A stretch of 64,000 bases of DNA from Thermoplasmata archaeon (GTDB lineage: Archaea > Thermoplasmatota > Thermoplasmata > Lutacidiplasmatales > UBA184), in assembly GCA_021819135.1 (NCBI GenBank), contig JAKASE010000009.1, forward strand, positions 15,408 to 79,407, read 5' to 3'. Positions 37,247 to 46,215 of the stretch are shown here, piece after piece. How positions within the stretch are numbered: position 1 is the stretch's first letter; each line of letters opens with the position of its first letter. The translations under genes and the position numbers were made by a program. The notes beneath the pieces are model-generated. The model searched no databases, was not told where the DNA came from, and saw only the letters and a list, made by a program, of their open reading frames with translations.

Positions 37247-37861
37247 TTAGGGGATGACCTTCGTCTGGACGCGCCGCGTGGGGCGGCGGTTGCGGGCCCG
37301 GGACGGTCGGAACCGCTCGGCTCCCTTGCCGCTCCAGCGCAGGCCCCGGCCCGTGATGCCGGCGCTCGTGAGCCCGCGGTAGACCCGACCCTTCTGGGTC
37401 GGGGCGCTGATCCAGGCGATCTTCGGATCGGCCCGGATCTCCGGATGGTCCGGGTCGACCAGGATGATCTCGAAGAACTTCTGCTTCCCGTCCTCGCCGA
37501 GCCAGTAGGAGTTCAGGACCTCGAGGTTCGGGTAGTGCTTCTGCGCCCGTTCCTCGGCGATCCGACGCAGGCTCTTCGAGAGCGTCATCTGCAGGATCCC
37601 CTTGTGCTTCGGGCGGCGGCCCGCGATGATCGCGCGCTTGCGCTGACCCCCGCGACGGACGCGCACCCGGACGACCACGAACCCGCCCTTCGCCCGGTAG
37701 CCGACGGCCCGGGCGCGGTCGAGCCGGGTCGGGTGCTCGAGCCGGGTCACGGTGTTCTCCCGGCGCCAGTTCAAGAGGCGCTCGTGGCGGAGGTCCGCTC
37801 CCTCGTCCCCCTGGGTCTGGCGGAACGAGCGGGACATGTACCGGTAGACGCTGGGCGACAT
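37247..37861 (-). CDS. rpl15e: 50S ribosomal protein L15e
   Basis: PTRLDRAR.VGYRAK.G, NLEVLNSYW and RGLTSAG. Confidence 0.97.
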   Translation of the reverse strand: MSPSVYRYMSRSFRQTQGDEGADLRHERLLNWRRENTVTRLEHPTRLDRARAVGYRAKGGFVVVRVRVRRGGQRKRAIIAGRRPKHKGILQMTLSKSLRRIAEERAQKHYPNLEVLNSYWLGEDGKQKFFEIILVDPDHPEIRADPKIAWISAPTQKGRVYRGLTSAGITGRGLRWSGKGAERFRPSRARNRRPTRRVQTKVIP

Positions 37862-37936
37862 GGAAGGCGGCGCGGGGGACCCACGTCCCGATTATAAGCA
37901 TAGTGGAAGTGCGGAGCGGCCGGACGAGAGGGGCGG

Positions 37937-38818
37937 ATGCGCTCGGAGAGGGCCGCGGGCGACGGGGCCGGAATGACCCTTCGCCTCCTTTCGAGCCCGG
38001 AAGAGTACCGGGCCGTGGAGGAGGTCCAGCGCGAGGCCTGGGGTCTCGGCGGCGACGGACCGGTCCCTGCGACGATCCAGCGGGCGATCCAGGACAACGG
38101 AGGGATCCTCCTCGGGGCCTTCGACAAGGACCGCATGGTCGGCTTCACCCTCGGGTTCCTCGGACGCGAGGAGGGCCGCCTCTACCATTACTCGCACATG
38201 ACCGGGGTCCGTCCCCCCTACCAGAACCGGTCGGTCGGCTTCGCCCTCAAGGTCCGCCAGCGGGCGGAGGCCCTCGCGCAGGGCCTCGACGAGATCCGCT
38301 GGACGTTCGACCCGCTCCAGAGCCGCAACGCGTTCTTCAACATCCATCGGCTCGGCGGCACCCCGGACCGCTACTACCCCCGGTACTACGGGACGATGCG
38401 GGATGCGCTCAACGAGGGCCTCGAGACCGACCGGCTCCGGCTGGTCTGGCGCCTCAAGGACCCGCGGGTCGAGGCCCGGCTCGCCGGCGAGTGCCCGACC
38501 TCCGAGGAGGACGAGAAGCGCGTGCGGGAGTCGACCCCGCTCGTCGAGACCGCGCTCGGGGACCAGGGGTTGCGGCGTCCGGCCCACGTCCGGCCTCCCG
38601 AGGCGGACCGGGTCCACCTCGAGATCCCCCCCGACCTGCACGCGGTCCGGACCCGGGACCCGGGGGTGACCCGGCGCTGGCGCGACGTCACGCGGGAGGC
38701 GTTCCTCCAGGCGTTCGCGCACCAGTACCGGGTCGATGACTTCGTGACCGTGAGACTGGGCGGGGAGCGGCGGAGCTTCTATCTCTGCTCGCGTGCGGAG
38801 CGCACCGATGGAGCTTAG
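37937..38818 (+). CDS. GNAT acyltransferase (COG3375-like, putative D-amino acid N-succinyltransferase)
   Basis: YSHMTGV, GFALK..QR, WTFDPLQSRNAFFN and TDRL. Confidence 0.85.
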   Translation: MRSERAAGDGAGMTLRLLSSPEEYRAVEEVQREAWGLGGDGPVPATIQRAIQDNGGILLGAFDKDRMVGFTLGFLGREEGRLYHYSHMTGVRPPYQNRSVGFALKVRQRAEALAQGLDEIRWTFDPLQSRNAFFNIHRLGGTPDRYYPRYYGTMRDALNEGLETDRLRLVWRLKDPRVEARLAGECPTSEEDEKRVRESTPLVETALGDQGLRRPAHVRPPEADRVHLEIPPDLHAVRTRDPGVTRRWRDVTREAFLQAFAHQYRVDDFVTVRLGGERRSFYLCSRAERTDGA

Positions 38819-39923
38819 AGGCGCCCGTCTCGACGAGCTCGAGCTCGAGCTGGTCGAACCGTTCGAGACGAGCTTCGGGGTCGAGAAGCGACGGCGGTTC
38901 CTCCTGCTCGAGCTCGAGGAGCGTTCCGGCGAGGTCGGCTACGGCGAGTGCGTGGCGACCGCGGATCCGCTCTACTCGAGCGAGACCGTCACGACCGCGA
39001 ACGAGATGATCGCGACGCGGTTCCTGCCGGAGCTGCTCCGCTCCCGGTCCGTGGACCCCGCGTCGTTCCTCCGCTCGGCCGCGCGCTACAAGGGCAACCG
39101 GATGGCCAAGGCGGCGGTCGAGACCGCGCTGGTCGACCTCGCCGCCCGGCTCTCGGGGGAGTCGGTCGCGGACCACCTGGGAGGAGGGCGGCGCCGCATC
39201 GAGGTCGGCGTGAGCGTCGGGATCCAGCCGACGGTCGCCGGGCTCGTCCGCCGCGTCGGGCGGTACCTCGACGACGGGTACCGTCGCATCAAGCTCAAGG
39301 TGCGCCCCGGCTGGGATGCGCGGCCGGTCCGTGCGGTCCGGGCCGCGTACCCCGACATCGAGATCTGGGTGGACGCGAACCAGGCCTATCCGACCCGAAA
39401 CGTGGCGAGGATCCGCCGATGGGCGACCGCCTCCCGGGTGGCCCAGGTCGAGCAGGCGTTCCCCGAGCGGGCGATCCGCGCCCACGCGGACCTCGCGCGG
39501 GGAGCCCCGTTCCGGGTCTGCCTCGACGAGTCGGTCGTCGACATGCCCTCGCTTGAGGACGCGCTCGATGCGGGGGCGATCTCGAGCCTGAACGTCAAGA
39601 CCGGCCGGGTCGGGGGGGCCGAGGTCGGCCAGGCGCTCGCGCGCCGGGCCCGACGCGCCCGGGTCCCCGCCTGGGTCGGAGGGATGCTCGAGAGCGGCGT
39701 CGGCCGGGCGCACAACGTCCACCTCGCCTCGCTCCCCGAGTTCGTCCTCCCGAACGACCTCTCGGCGAGCGACCGGTACTACCACGAGGACGTGATCGAG
39801 CGGCCGTTCGTCCTCGGTCCCGGCAGCACCCTCGAGGTACCGAAAGGCCCCGGGATCGGGGTCGAGGTGTCGGAGCGAGCGGTCCGCCGCGCGCGCCGCC
39901 GCTCGCGGACGTTCCGCCGCTAG
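38808..39923 (+). CDS. menC: N-succinylamino acid racemase / o-succinylbenzoate synthase (enolase superfamily)
   Basis: PFETSFG, KLK, DAN, EQ, LDES, NVK.GRVGG, GGMLE and DLSASDRY. Confidence 0.9.
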   Translation: MELRGARLDELELELVEPFETSFGVEKRRRFLLLELEERSGEVGYGECVATADPLYSSETVTTANEMIATRFLPELLRSRSVDPASFLRSAARYKGNRMAKAAVETALVDLAARLSGESVADHLGGGRRRIEVGVSVGIQPTVAGLVRRVGRYLDDGYRRIKLKVRPGWDARPVRAVRAAYPDIEIWVDANQAYPTRNVARIRRWATASRVAQVEQAFPERAIRAHADLARGAPFRVCLDESVVDMPSLEDALDAGAISSLNVKTGRVGGAEVGQALARRARRARVPAWVGGMLESGVGRAHNVHLASLPEFVLPNDLSASDRYYHEDVIERPFVLGPGSTLEVPKGPGIGVEVSERAVRRARRRSRTFRR

Positions 39924-40372
39924 GACGCAGCCGCCGTGTCGGACGCCTCGCCCGACGGGGCCCCCTCGCTCTTGGGGGGTCCGGTCCAGGGGAGGTGGGC
40001 CTCGGGCGGGCGAACGACCTTCGCCGTCGCGTGGCTCTCCGAGTGGACGACCCGCTCGAGGTGGGTCTGCATCTCGCGGACGAACCGGTCCATGCGGGAC
40101 CGCTCGTGCATCGGCACCTCGCTCGGGCCGACCCAGACGAGGGCGGCGCCCCCGCTCGTCGGATAGAAACGGAAACGGACCTCGCTGGCGGCCGAGGGGA
40201 CCGCCGGGTTCATCCGGCCGAGCCGGCCCACGACCCGGCTCTCCACGGGCTCGGTCGACTCGCTCCGCTCGACCGTGAACCCGAGCGTCCCGAGGTAGTC
40301 CACGAGGTACGCGGCGAACCGCTCGCGCCCGATGCCTCTCACCCGCAGCCAATCACCGTTGCCTTCGACCAT
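39920..40372 (-). CDS. Hypothetical protein
   Basis: ORF with host-like codon usage at the end of the rplX-pfdA-ftsY-trmJ run. Confidence 0.6.
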   Translation of the reverse strand: MVEGNGDWLRVRGIGRERFAAYLVDYLGTLGFTVERSESTEPVESRVVGRLGRMNPAVPSAASEVRFRFYPTSGGAALVWVGPSEVPMHERSRMDRFVREMQTHLERVVHSESHATAKVVRPPEAHLPWTGPPKSEGAPSGEASDTAAAS

Positions 40373-41102
40373 GAGACCCCCGGTCCATCGCACGCCCGAG
40401 GCTCTTGAAGAGCCCGAGCATCATCCGGTACTCCGCCTCTGTCGGCGTCGCCCGGCCAAGAACCCGACGATACAGGAGGATTAAACCCCGTCGTTTGTGC
40501 GCCGGGTAGCCGATCCGGGCGAGAAGCTCGGCCAGACGGGTGAGGAAGAGCTCCTTTTCGCGCCCGTTCAGCGCGAGGACGTCCGGCGCCGGGGTCGTCT
40601 CGGGATCGACCGGTCCCCGCGCCCGGTGGACCGCGTAGAGGACGATCCCGGCGGCGTGGGAGAGGTTGAGGGTCGGATACTCCCGACGTGCCGGTATGTG
40701 CACGAGGAGGTCGCACTTCGCGAGCTCCTCCCGGGAGAGCCCGTTGTCCTCGGGACCAAAGACGAGCGCGACGCGGCCCTCGACCGTCCGCAGGACCTCC
40801 CCGAGACGCTCGGGGCTCACCGACCGCCGCAGGTAGGCGCTCGAGCGCCCGGTCGACAGGTCGGTCGTCCCGACCACGAGGTCGGCCCCCTCGACGGCGC
40901 GGTCGAACGAACGGACGCGCGTCGCGGCCCGGAGGAGCGGAAGCCCGGCCATCGACCGCCGGCGGGCCTCGGCGCCGATCCGGGCCCGTGACGCGACCAG
41001 GACGAGGCCGTCGGCGCCGAAGTTCCGGGCGGCCCGAGCGACCGCCCCGACGTTCCCGTCCTCCTTCGGACGGACGAGGACGACGTCGAGCCGGACCGTC
41101 AC
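40353..41102 (-). CDS. trmJ: tRNA (C/U32-2'-O)-methyltransferase, TrmJ family
   Basis: GNVGAVARA..NFG, LVFGPEDNGL and YPTLNLSHA. Confidence 0.93.
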   Translation of the reverse strand: MTVRLDVVLVRPKEDGNVGAVARAARNFGADGLVLVASRARIGAEARRRSMAGLPLLRAATRVRSFDRAVEGADLVVGTTDLSTGRSSAYLRRSVSPERLGEVLRTVEGRVALVFGPEDNGLSREELAKCDLLVHIPARREYPTLNLSHAAGIVLYAVHRARGPVDPETTPAPDVLALNGREKELFLTRLAELLARIGYPAHKRRGLILLYRRVLGRATPTEAEYRMMLGLFKSLGRAMDRGSHGRRQR

Positions 41103-42163
41103 CCGGCGGTCCCCTCCGCGAAAAGATGCCGGACCATCCAGTCCGCGTCGAACGGGGCGAAGTCCCCGTACCCCTGGCCGATCCCGATGAAGACGATCGG
41201 CTTCTTCGTGACGAAGGTCGTGCTGAGGGCGGCGCCCCCTTTCACGTCGGCGTCGAGCTTCGTCAGGACGAGCCCGTCGAACCCGATCGCCCGGTCGAAC
41301 AGCTTCGCCTGCTCGACCACGTCGTTCCCGCTCAGTGCGTCACCGACGAACAGGGTCAGGGCCGGCGAGACAACGCGCCGGATCTTCTTCGCCTCCTCGA
41401 TGAGGTTCTCGTTCGTGTGCTGGCGGCCGGCCGTGTCGACCAGGACGACGTCGACATGCTTGGCCTTCGCGTGCTGAACGGCGTCGAAGGCGACCGCGGC
41501 GGGGTCGCTCCCCTCCTGCTGGCGGACCACCCGGATGCCGAGGCGCTCGCCGTGGACGAGGAGCTGTTCGATCGCGCCTGCCCGGAACGTGTCGGACGCG
41601 GCGATCACGCTCGAGAGTCCCTGGGCGCGGAGCCATCCGGCGAGCTTCGCGATCGTGGTCGTCTTGCCGGTGCCGTTGACCCCGACGAACAGGATGACGT
41701 ACGGCGAGCCCGCGTGTCCGCGGATCGCCGCGGCGAGGTCGATCGGGGGCCGGGCGAGGATCGAGCGCACCGACCGCTCGAGGGTCACGCGGATCGCCTC
41801 CTCCGCCTCGACCCCGTACCGGAGCTTCTTCCCGGCGAGGTCCTTGCGAAGGTCGCGCCGGAGCCGCTCGATCACCGGCAGCGAGACGTCGGACTGGAGG
41901 AGCGCGATCTCGAGGTCGTCCATGACGTCCTCGATCTTCTCCTCCTTCAGGCGGCGGCCGAACATCCCGTCCGAGAACATCCCCTCCTCGGAGCCCCGGG
42001 GGGCCGGTTCGGGAGCGCGGGGGGCCGGCGCCGTGCGCTCCGCCGCCGGAGGGGGCGTCGCGGATACGGCCGCAGGGGCCCGCGGTTCCGGGGACGTCGG
42101 GGAGGTGGCGGTCGGCTCTTCCTCGGCGCGGCGCCGCAGCCGGGCCTTAATCGCCGCCCACAT
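41099..42163 (-). CDS. ftsY: SRP receptor FtsY
   Basis: GVNGTGKTTTIAKLA, DTFRAGA, DTAGR and TKLDADVKGG. Confidence 0.97.
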   Translation of the reverse strand: MWAAIKARLRRRAEEEPTATSPTSPEPRAPAAVSATPPPAAERTAPAPRAPEPAPRGSEEGMFSDGMFGRRLKEEKIEDVMDDLEIALLQSDVSLPVIERLRRDLRKDLAGKKLRYGVEAEEAIRVTLERSVRSILARPPIDLAAAIRGHAGSPYVILFVGVNGTGKTTTIAKLAGWLRAQGLSSVIAASDTFRAGAIEQLLVHGERLGIRVVRQQEGSDPAAVAFDAVQHAKAKHVDVVLVDTAGRQHTNENLIEEAKKIRRVVSPALTLFVGDALSGNDVVEQAKLFDRAIGFDGLVLTKLDADVKGGAALSTTFVTKKPIVFIGIGQGYGDFAPFDADWMVRHLFAEGTAG

Positions 42164-42614
42164 CGGAGCCCATCGCGTTCGCCCGGGCGACCTGGTCGAG
42201 CCGGCGCGAGAGGATCTGGATCCGTTCGTCGAGCGCGGTCATCTGGCCCTCGAGGTCGCGGATCGCCTGGTCGATCTGGAGGATCCGCTGGGAGAGCAGC
42301 TCGACCACCTTCGGCCGCTCCATCTCCACCACGACCCCCGAGCCGACCCCGAGGAGCACCGCGGCGCGGCGGTCGACCGAACCTCGGACATAGGTCTCCG
42401 CTCCCAGCGGCAGGAGGAGCTCCGCGTCCGCGGCCGCTCCCTCCACTCCTTCGAGGCTCTCACGGGCCCTCAGGTGTTCCTGGCGCGAGCCGGTCAGGAG
42501 CTGGTGTTGCTGGAGGGCCGCGTTGAACTGCGAGCGGTAGGCGTCGAGCCGCATGAGGTCCTCCTGGACCTCTCTCTCCATCTGCCCCTCAGGGGGGGCC
42601 TCGGGCGTCGCCAT
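42147..42614 (-). CDS. pfdA: Prefoldin alpha subunit
   Basis: Coiled coils flanking LLPLGAETYV..VLLGVGSGVVVE; conserved rplX-pfdA-ftsY order. Confidence 0.9.
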   Translation of the reverse strand: MATPEAPPEGQMEREVQEDLMRLDAYRSQFNAALQQHQLLTGSRQEHLRARESLEGVEGAAADAELLLPLGAETYVRGSVDRRAAVLLGVGSGVVVEMERPKVVELLSQRILQIDQAIRDLEGQMTALDERIQILSRRLDQVARANAMGSDVGGD

Positions 42615-42779
42615 GAATCGGCGCCGGGGACCCCCGCGAGCCCTTAAGGTCGGCGCCTCGGCACCGGGCTCCGGTCGATCCATCCCGGTCCGGGCGCCCG
42701 ACACTTGGGGATCAAGCACCGGCGATCGAGCAGATAGGAGATCCCACGGGGGCCTACGCGGGTCGGGAGAATGGCTGCG

Positions 42780-42968
42780 TCAGTCCGGCTTCGCTTCCCG
42801 GACCGACTCGATCCGGATCTGGTGGCGCTTCACGTGGTGGCAACCCCCGATCTCGGAGAGGGCCCACTCGCGGACCATCTCGCCGGATTCGGCCTCGTGG
42901 GTCTTCGTGAACGGTTGCCAATAGCCCCGCCGGGCATAGAACGACCCCGTGACCGTCCACATCGCCAT
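42780..42968 (-). CDS. rplX: 50S ribosomal protein LX (L18Ae/L20A)
   Basis: F.K..EA...E..SEIG..H.VKRHQIRI. Confidence 0.88.
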   Translation of the reverse strand: MAMWTVTGSFYARRGYWQPFTKTHEAESGEMVREWALSEIGGCHHVKRHQIRIESVREAKPD

Positions 42969-43008
42969 CGTGGTTCCTCGGGAGCGGCGCAGGATTCCGG
43001 GGGGGTCT

Positions 43009-45018
43009 TTAACGTTGCGGGGACGCCGAGAGGCTTGCCCGGAGCCTTTCGGAGACCCGCCAGGCCACCGCGAGGATCGAGAGCATCGGGTTCGCGCCGG
43101 GAGCGGAGGGCAGGAGGGCGCCATCGGCCACCCAGAGCCCCTCCACTCCGTGGACCTCGCCGGAGGGACCGCACGCGGAGGTGCGGGCGTCCGGGCCCGC
43201 GCGCGCCGAGCCCAGCGGGTGGGCGGAGAAGAGCGCGATCGAGTTCTCGCGCACCCCAGCGGCCGTGACCCCCGCGATGAACCGATCGAGGTCGGCCGGG
43301 GAGATCGGCCGGGTCCCGTCCCCGGCCTCCACGGGCGGCATGTGGAGCGAGAGGACCCGCGTCGCTCCCGCGGCCGTCACCAGGCGCGCGGTCTCGACCA
43401 TGCCCCGCACCAGATTGTTCCGGTCACGCGCCGTGAGCGTGTACTCGTAGAGGGGCTGCCCTTCCCCGTCGAAGCGCACCCGTCCCTCGCCGACGTCGCG
43501 GACGAGGACGATCGGGGTCGCGATCCGCTCCAGGCGCTCCATCTCGCGCCGGTACCGCTCGGCCCCGGTCCATGGCAGGGCGATCGCCGCGAGGCCGGGG
43601 TGGGCCGGAGCGACCTCCATCCAGGGTCCGTGGGCGCCCTCGTCCGTCGTCTGGAACTTGTATACTCCCACCGTCTGATGCGGCCCGCTCCACGTGCGGA
43701 CCGGGAACGGGAACTCGACCGCGAGGGCGGTCGTCGGGTCCAGCCTCAGTCCCGCACCGACCCCCGGCGAACGGATCCCCGACCGCCAGAGGACCGCCGG
43801 CGTCTGGAGCGCCCCGGCCGAGACCACGATGGCCCGCGCCCGGATCCGTACCGAGAGCGCCCGCCCCCCCGCCCGGCTCGTGGCGCGGACACCGCGGGCC
43901 CGGCCCTGCTCGATCTCGACCGAGTCGACCCGGGTGCGGTCGTAGACGCGCGCCCCGCCGCGCATCGCCCCGGCGAGGAACGTCACCGACGTGGCCTGCC
44001 GGGCCGAATACGGGCAGCCGAAGGTGCAGAAGCCGCAGCGGGACCGGCACCCGACCGCGTTGCGGGAGATGATGTCCCAGTCCACGCCTTGACGGTACCC
44101 GAGCGCGATCGCCCCGCGCCGCAGCGCGTCGTTCGAGGGATTGACGGTGCTCTCCTCAGTCGAGACGTGGATCCGCTCGGAGACCGCCGCGAGGTCGCGG
44201 TCGAAGTCGGGGCCGTCGATCCCGACCATCCCTCCGTCCCGGGCCCATTCGGCGCGGGCCTCCGGCCTCGGCCTCAGGCAGGTCATCCAGTTGATCGCGG
44301 TCGATCCCCCCACCGTCTCGCCGGCGAGAATGCCGAACGCTCCATCGCGCGTGGTCGCGACCCCGTGGCGATAGAACAGATGCTCGTGGGCCGCCCGCTC
44401 GACCCGGGGGTACTCCTCGGGGGAGAACCAGGCACCGGCCTCGAGGACGACCACCCGGTATCCGGCGGCGACCATCCGCTCGGCCACCACGCCGCCGCCC
44501 GCCCCGCTGCCGACGACGACCACGTCGGTGGTCTCCTCGACCTCCGCCGTGGGGCGCACCGGACGGGCGCCTCCGTAGGGGTCCGGCATCGGCGGCTCGG
44601 ACGGGGGAAGCTCGTAGTGGATGCGGCTCCAGAGCGGGTGCGGCTGACCACCAAGCGGCCCGGAGTAGTACACCCCTCCCGAGAGGCGCTTCGCCGCGTG
44701 GAACGCCTTCCGCTTCACGGCGAGCCGGCTCTGCGACCAGCCGAGCAGGTACGCCGCCCGACGTTCGGGGGGAAGACGGCTGAACCGGACCGGTCGGCCC
44801 GTGAGGAGCAGGTTGAGCCAAGGGTTGTCGAGGGTCCGCAGCAGCGTCGAGAACTCCTTTCTCTGGCCCGCCGGCAGGTCCGCGATCAGCGACCGGACGT
44901 CGCGGTCGATGCCCACCGCGCTGGCGGCCGGATAGGCCGGGCCCGTGCCGTCCGCGGGGAACCCGGGGAGGAACGTATCGAGAAGGGGCGCGAGCGCCGC
45001 CTCGCCTCCGGTGGCCAC
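43009..45018 (-). CDS. GMC-family FAD oxidoreductase (long-chain alcohol oxidase-like)
   Basis: VVVGSGAGGG, GGSTAIN, CGFCTFGC, SAHPLGS and PGANPMLSI. Confidence 0.9.
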   Translation of the reverse strand: MATGGEAALAPLLDTFLPGFPADGTGPAYPAASAVGIDRDVRSLIADLPAGQRKEFSTLLRTLDNPWLNLLLTGRPVRFSRLPPERRAAYLLGWSQSRLAVKRKAFHAAKRLSGGVYYSGPLGGQPHPLWSRIHYELPPSEPPMPDPYGGARPVRPTAEVEETTDVVVVGSGAGGGVVAERMVAAGYRVVVLEAGAWFSPEEYPRVERAAHEHLFYRHGVATTRDGAFGILAGETVGGSTAINWMTCLRPRPEARAEWARDGGMVGIDGPDFDRDLAAVSERIHVSTEESTVNPSNDALRRGAIALGYRQGVDWDIISRNAVGCRSRCGFCTFGCPYSARQATSVTFLAGAMRGGARVYDRTRVDSVEIEQGRARGVRATSRAGGRALSVRIRARAIVVSAGALQTPAVLWRSGIRSPGVGAGLRLDPTTALAVEFPFPVRTWSGPHQTVGVYKFQTTDEGAHGPWMEVAPAHPGLAAIALPWTGAERYRREMERLERIATPIVLVRDVGEGRVRFDGEGQPLYEYTLTARDRNNLVRGMVETARLVTAAGATRVLSLHMPPVEAGDGTRPISPADLDRFIAGVTAAGVRENSIALFSAHPLGSARAGPDARTSACGPSGEVHGVEGLWVADGALLPSAPGANPMLSILAVAWRVSERLRASLSASPQR

Positions 45019-45038
45019 GCGCGGCCCACGCCGTCGGC

Positions 45039-45266
45039 CTATTTCGAACTATCAGCGGATCCTGAGGAACGACGTCGGGAGGCCTCGAAGCGCTCCCGTT
45101 CGTCGGACCAGCGTTCCCGACGTTCCCTCAGGGATCGCTCGGACGGTTCGTGGGAGATCGGCGGAGCGGCAGGGGCAGGCGCCGCGGCGGGGCCCTCCGC
45201 CGGCGGGGGGGCCGGCGAGAGGTCCGGGGCGTTCTCTTCGGTCGGCTGGAGCGTGCGCTGGGTCAT
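45039..45266 (-). CDS. Small low-complexity hypothetical protein
   Basis: ATGA-coupled to the thiI-like gene stop; Pro/Ala-rich then charged. Confidence 0.45.
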   Translation of the reverse strand: MTQRTLQPTEENAPDLSPAPPPAEGPAAAPAPAAPPISHEPSERSLRERRERWSDERERFEASRRRSSGSADSSK

Positions 45267-46162
45267 GCCGCGAGGGCTCTCACGCCCATCCATCGCTCTT
45301 CGACCTCGGGATCGGTCCATCCCACGGTGGGAGAAAAGACGACGCGGTCCCCCCAGAGTTCCCGCGCGGCGGGGTACTCCTCGACGGAGAGCGGGAGGAC
45401 GATCCCGTCCGCGTGGATCGCCTCCGCCCGGTCCCGTACCACGGGGGGCCAGTCGGCCGGTGGCGGACCGGTGAGCGTGAGGGAGAGCTTCGGGTCGAAC
45501 CGGGCGAGGACCTCACGGGCGAACGGCTCACCGGTGGAGGAGGCGACGAGCGCGACCCGACAGCCGCGCTTCATCATGAGGAACGCGCCGAGCGCGCCGC
45601 GGGTCCCCTCGACGAAGGCAACGAGCCGGCCCGCGACCCCCAGCGGGAGCCCGCCGGGGCCTTCCCGCCGGTCGAACGAGAGGTAGGTACGGGGGCCCCG
45701 GACCTCGACGAACAGCTCGACCTCGGGACGCTCGAGGTCGACCGAGAGCGATCGGTCGGCGAACCGCTCGAGAACGTCGCCCCCGAGGTCGCGGGCCAGT
45801 TCCTGGCTCGTGAACGGATGCTGCCCGGTGCGGCGGGCCCGCACCGCGAACCGGGCGCCGGGACGAAGCCGTTCCCCGGAGAGCTCGAGGAGCCGGTCCC
45901 GGATGATCTCCCGTTCGCTCGCCACCTCGTGTACCTCGCTCACCGAGGTCACCCCGAAGACCCGGCGCAGGACTCCGATCGCCCGGCTCGGCACCGCCGT
46001 CTCGACGTAGAGATGGCCGCGGTCCGACCGCAGCCGTACCTCGATCCCCTCGCGGACGAACTGCTCGAGGATGTTCCGGCGCAGCGTCCGCTCGAACTCC
46101 CGGCGGACCGGCGGGGACTTGAGGGCGAGTTCGCCATAGCGGACGAGCAGGAGCCCCGGCAT
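45263..46162 (-). CDS. ThiI-like THUMP protein with degenerate PP-loop
   Basis: LVRYGELALKS, VFGV.S, F.VRARR, GPGGLPLG and MMKRGC; lacks SGGxDS. Confidence 0.85.
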   Translation of the reverse strand: MPGLLLVRYGELALKSPPVRREFERTLRRNILEQFVREGIEVRLRSDRGHLYVETAVPSRAIGVLRRVFGVTSVSEVHEVASEREIIRDRLLELSGERLRPGARFAVRARRTGQHPFTSQELARDLGGDVLERFADRSLSVDLERPEVELFVEVRGPRTYLSFDRREGPGGLPLGVAGRLVAFVEGTRGALGAFLMMKRGCRVALVASSTGEPFAREVLARFDPKLSLTLTGPPPADWPPVVRDRAEAIHADGIVLPLSVEEYPAARELWGDRVVFSPTVGWTDPEVEERWMGVRALAA

Positions 46163-46215
46163 CGCGAACCGTTATCAGAGACGTCCCGTTCAAGAGCTTC
46201 TCGGACGGAGTCCCC

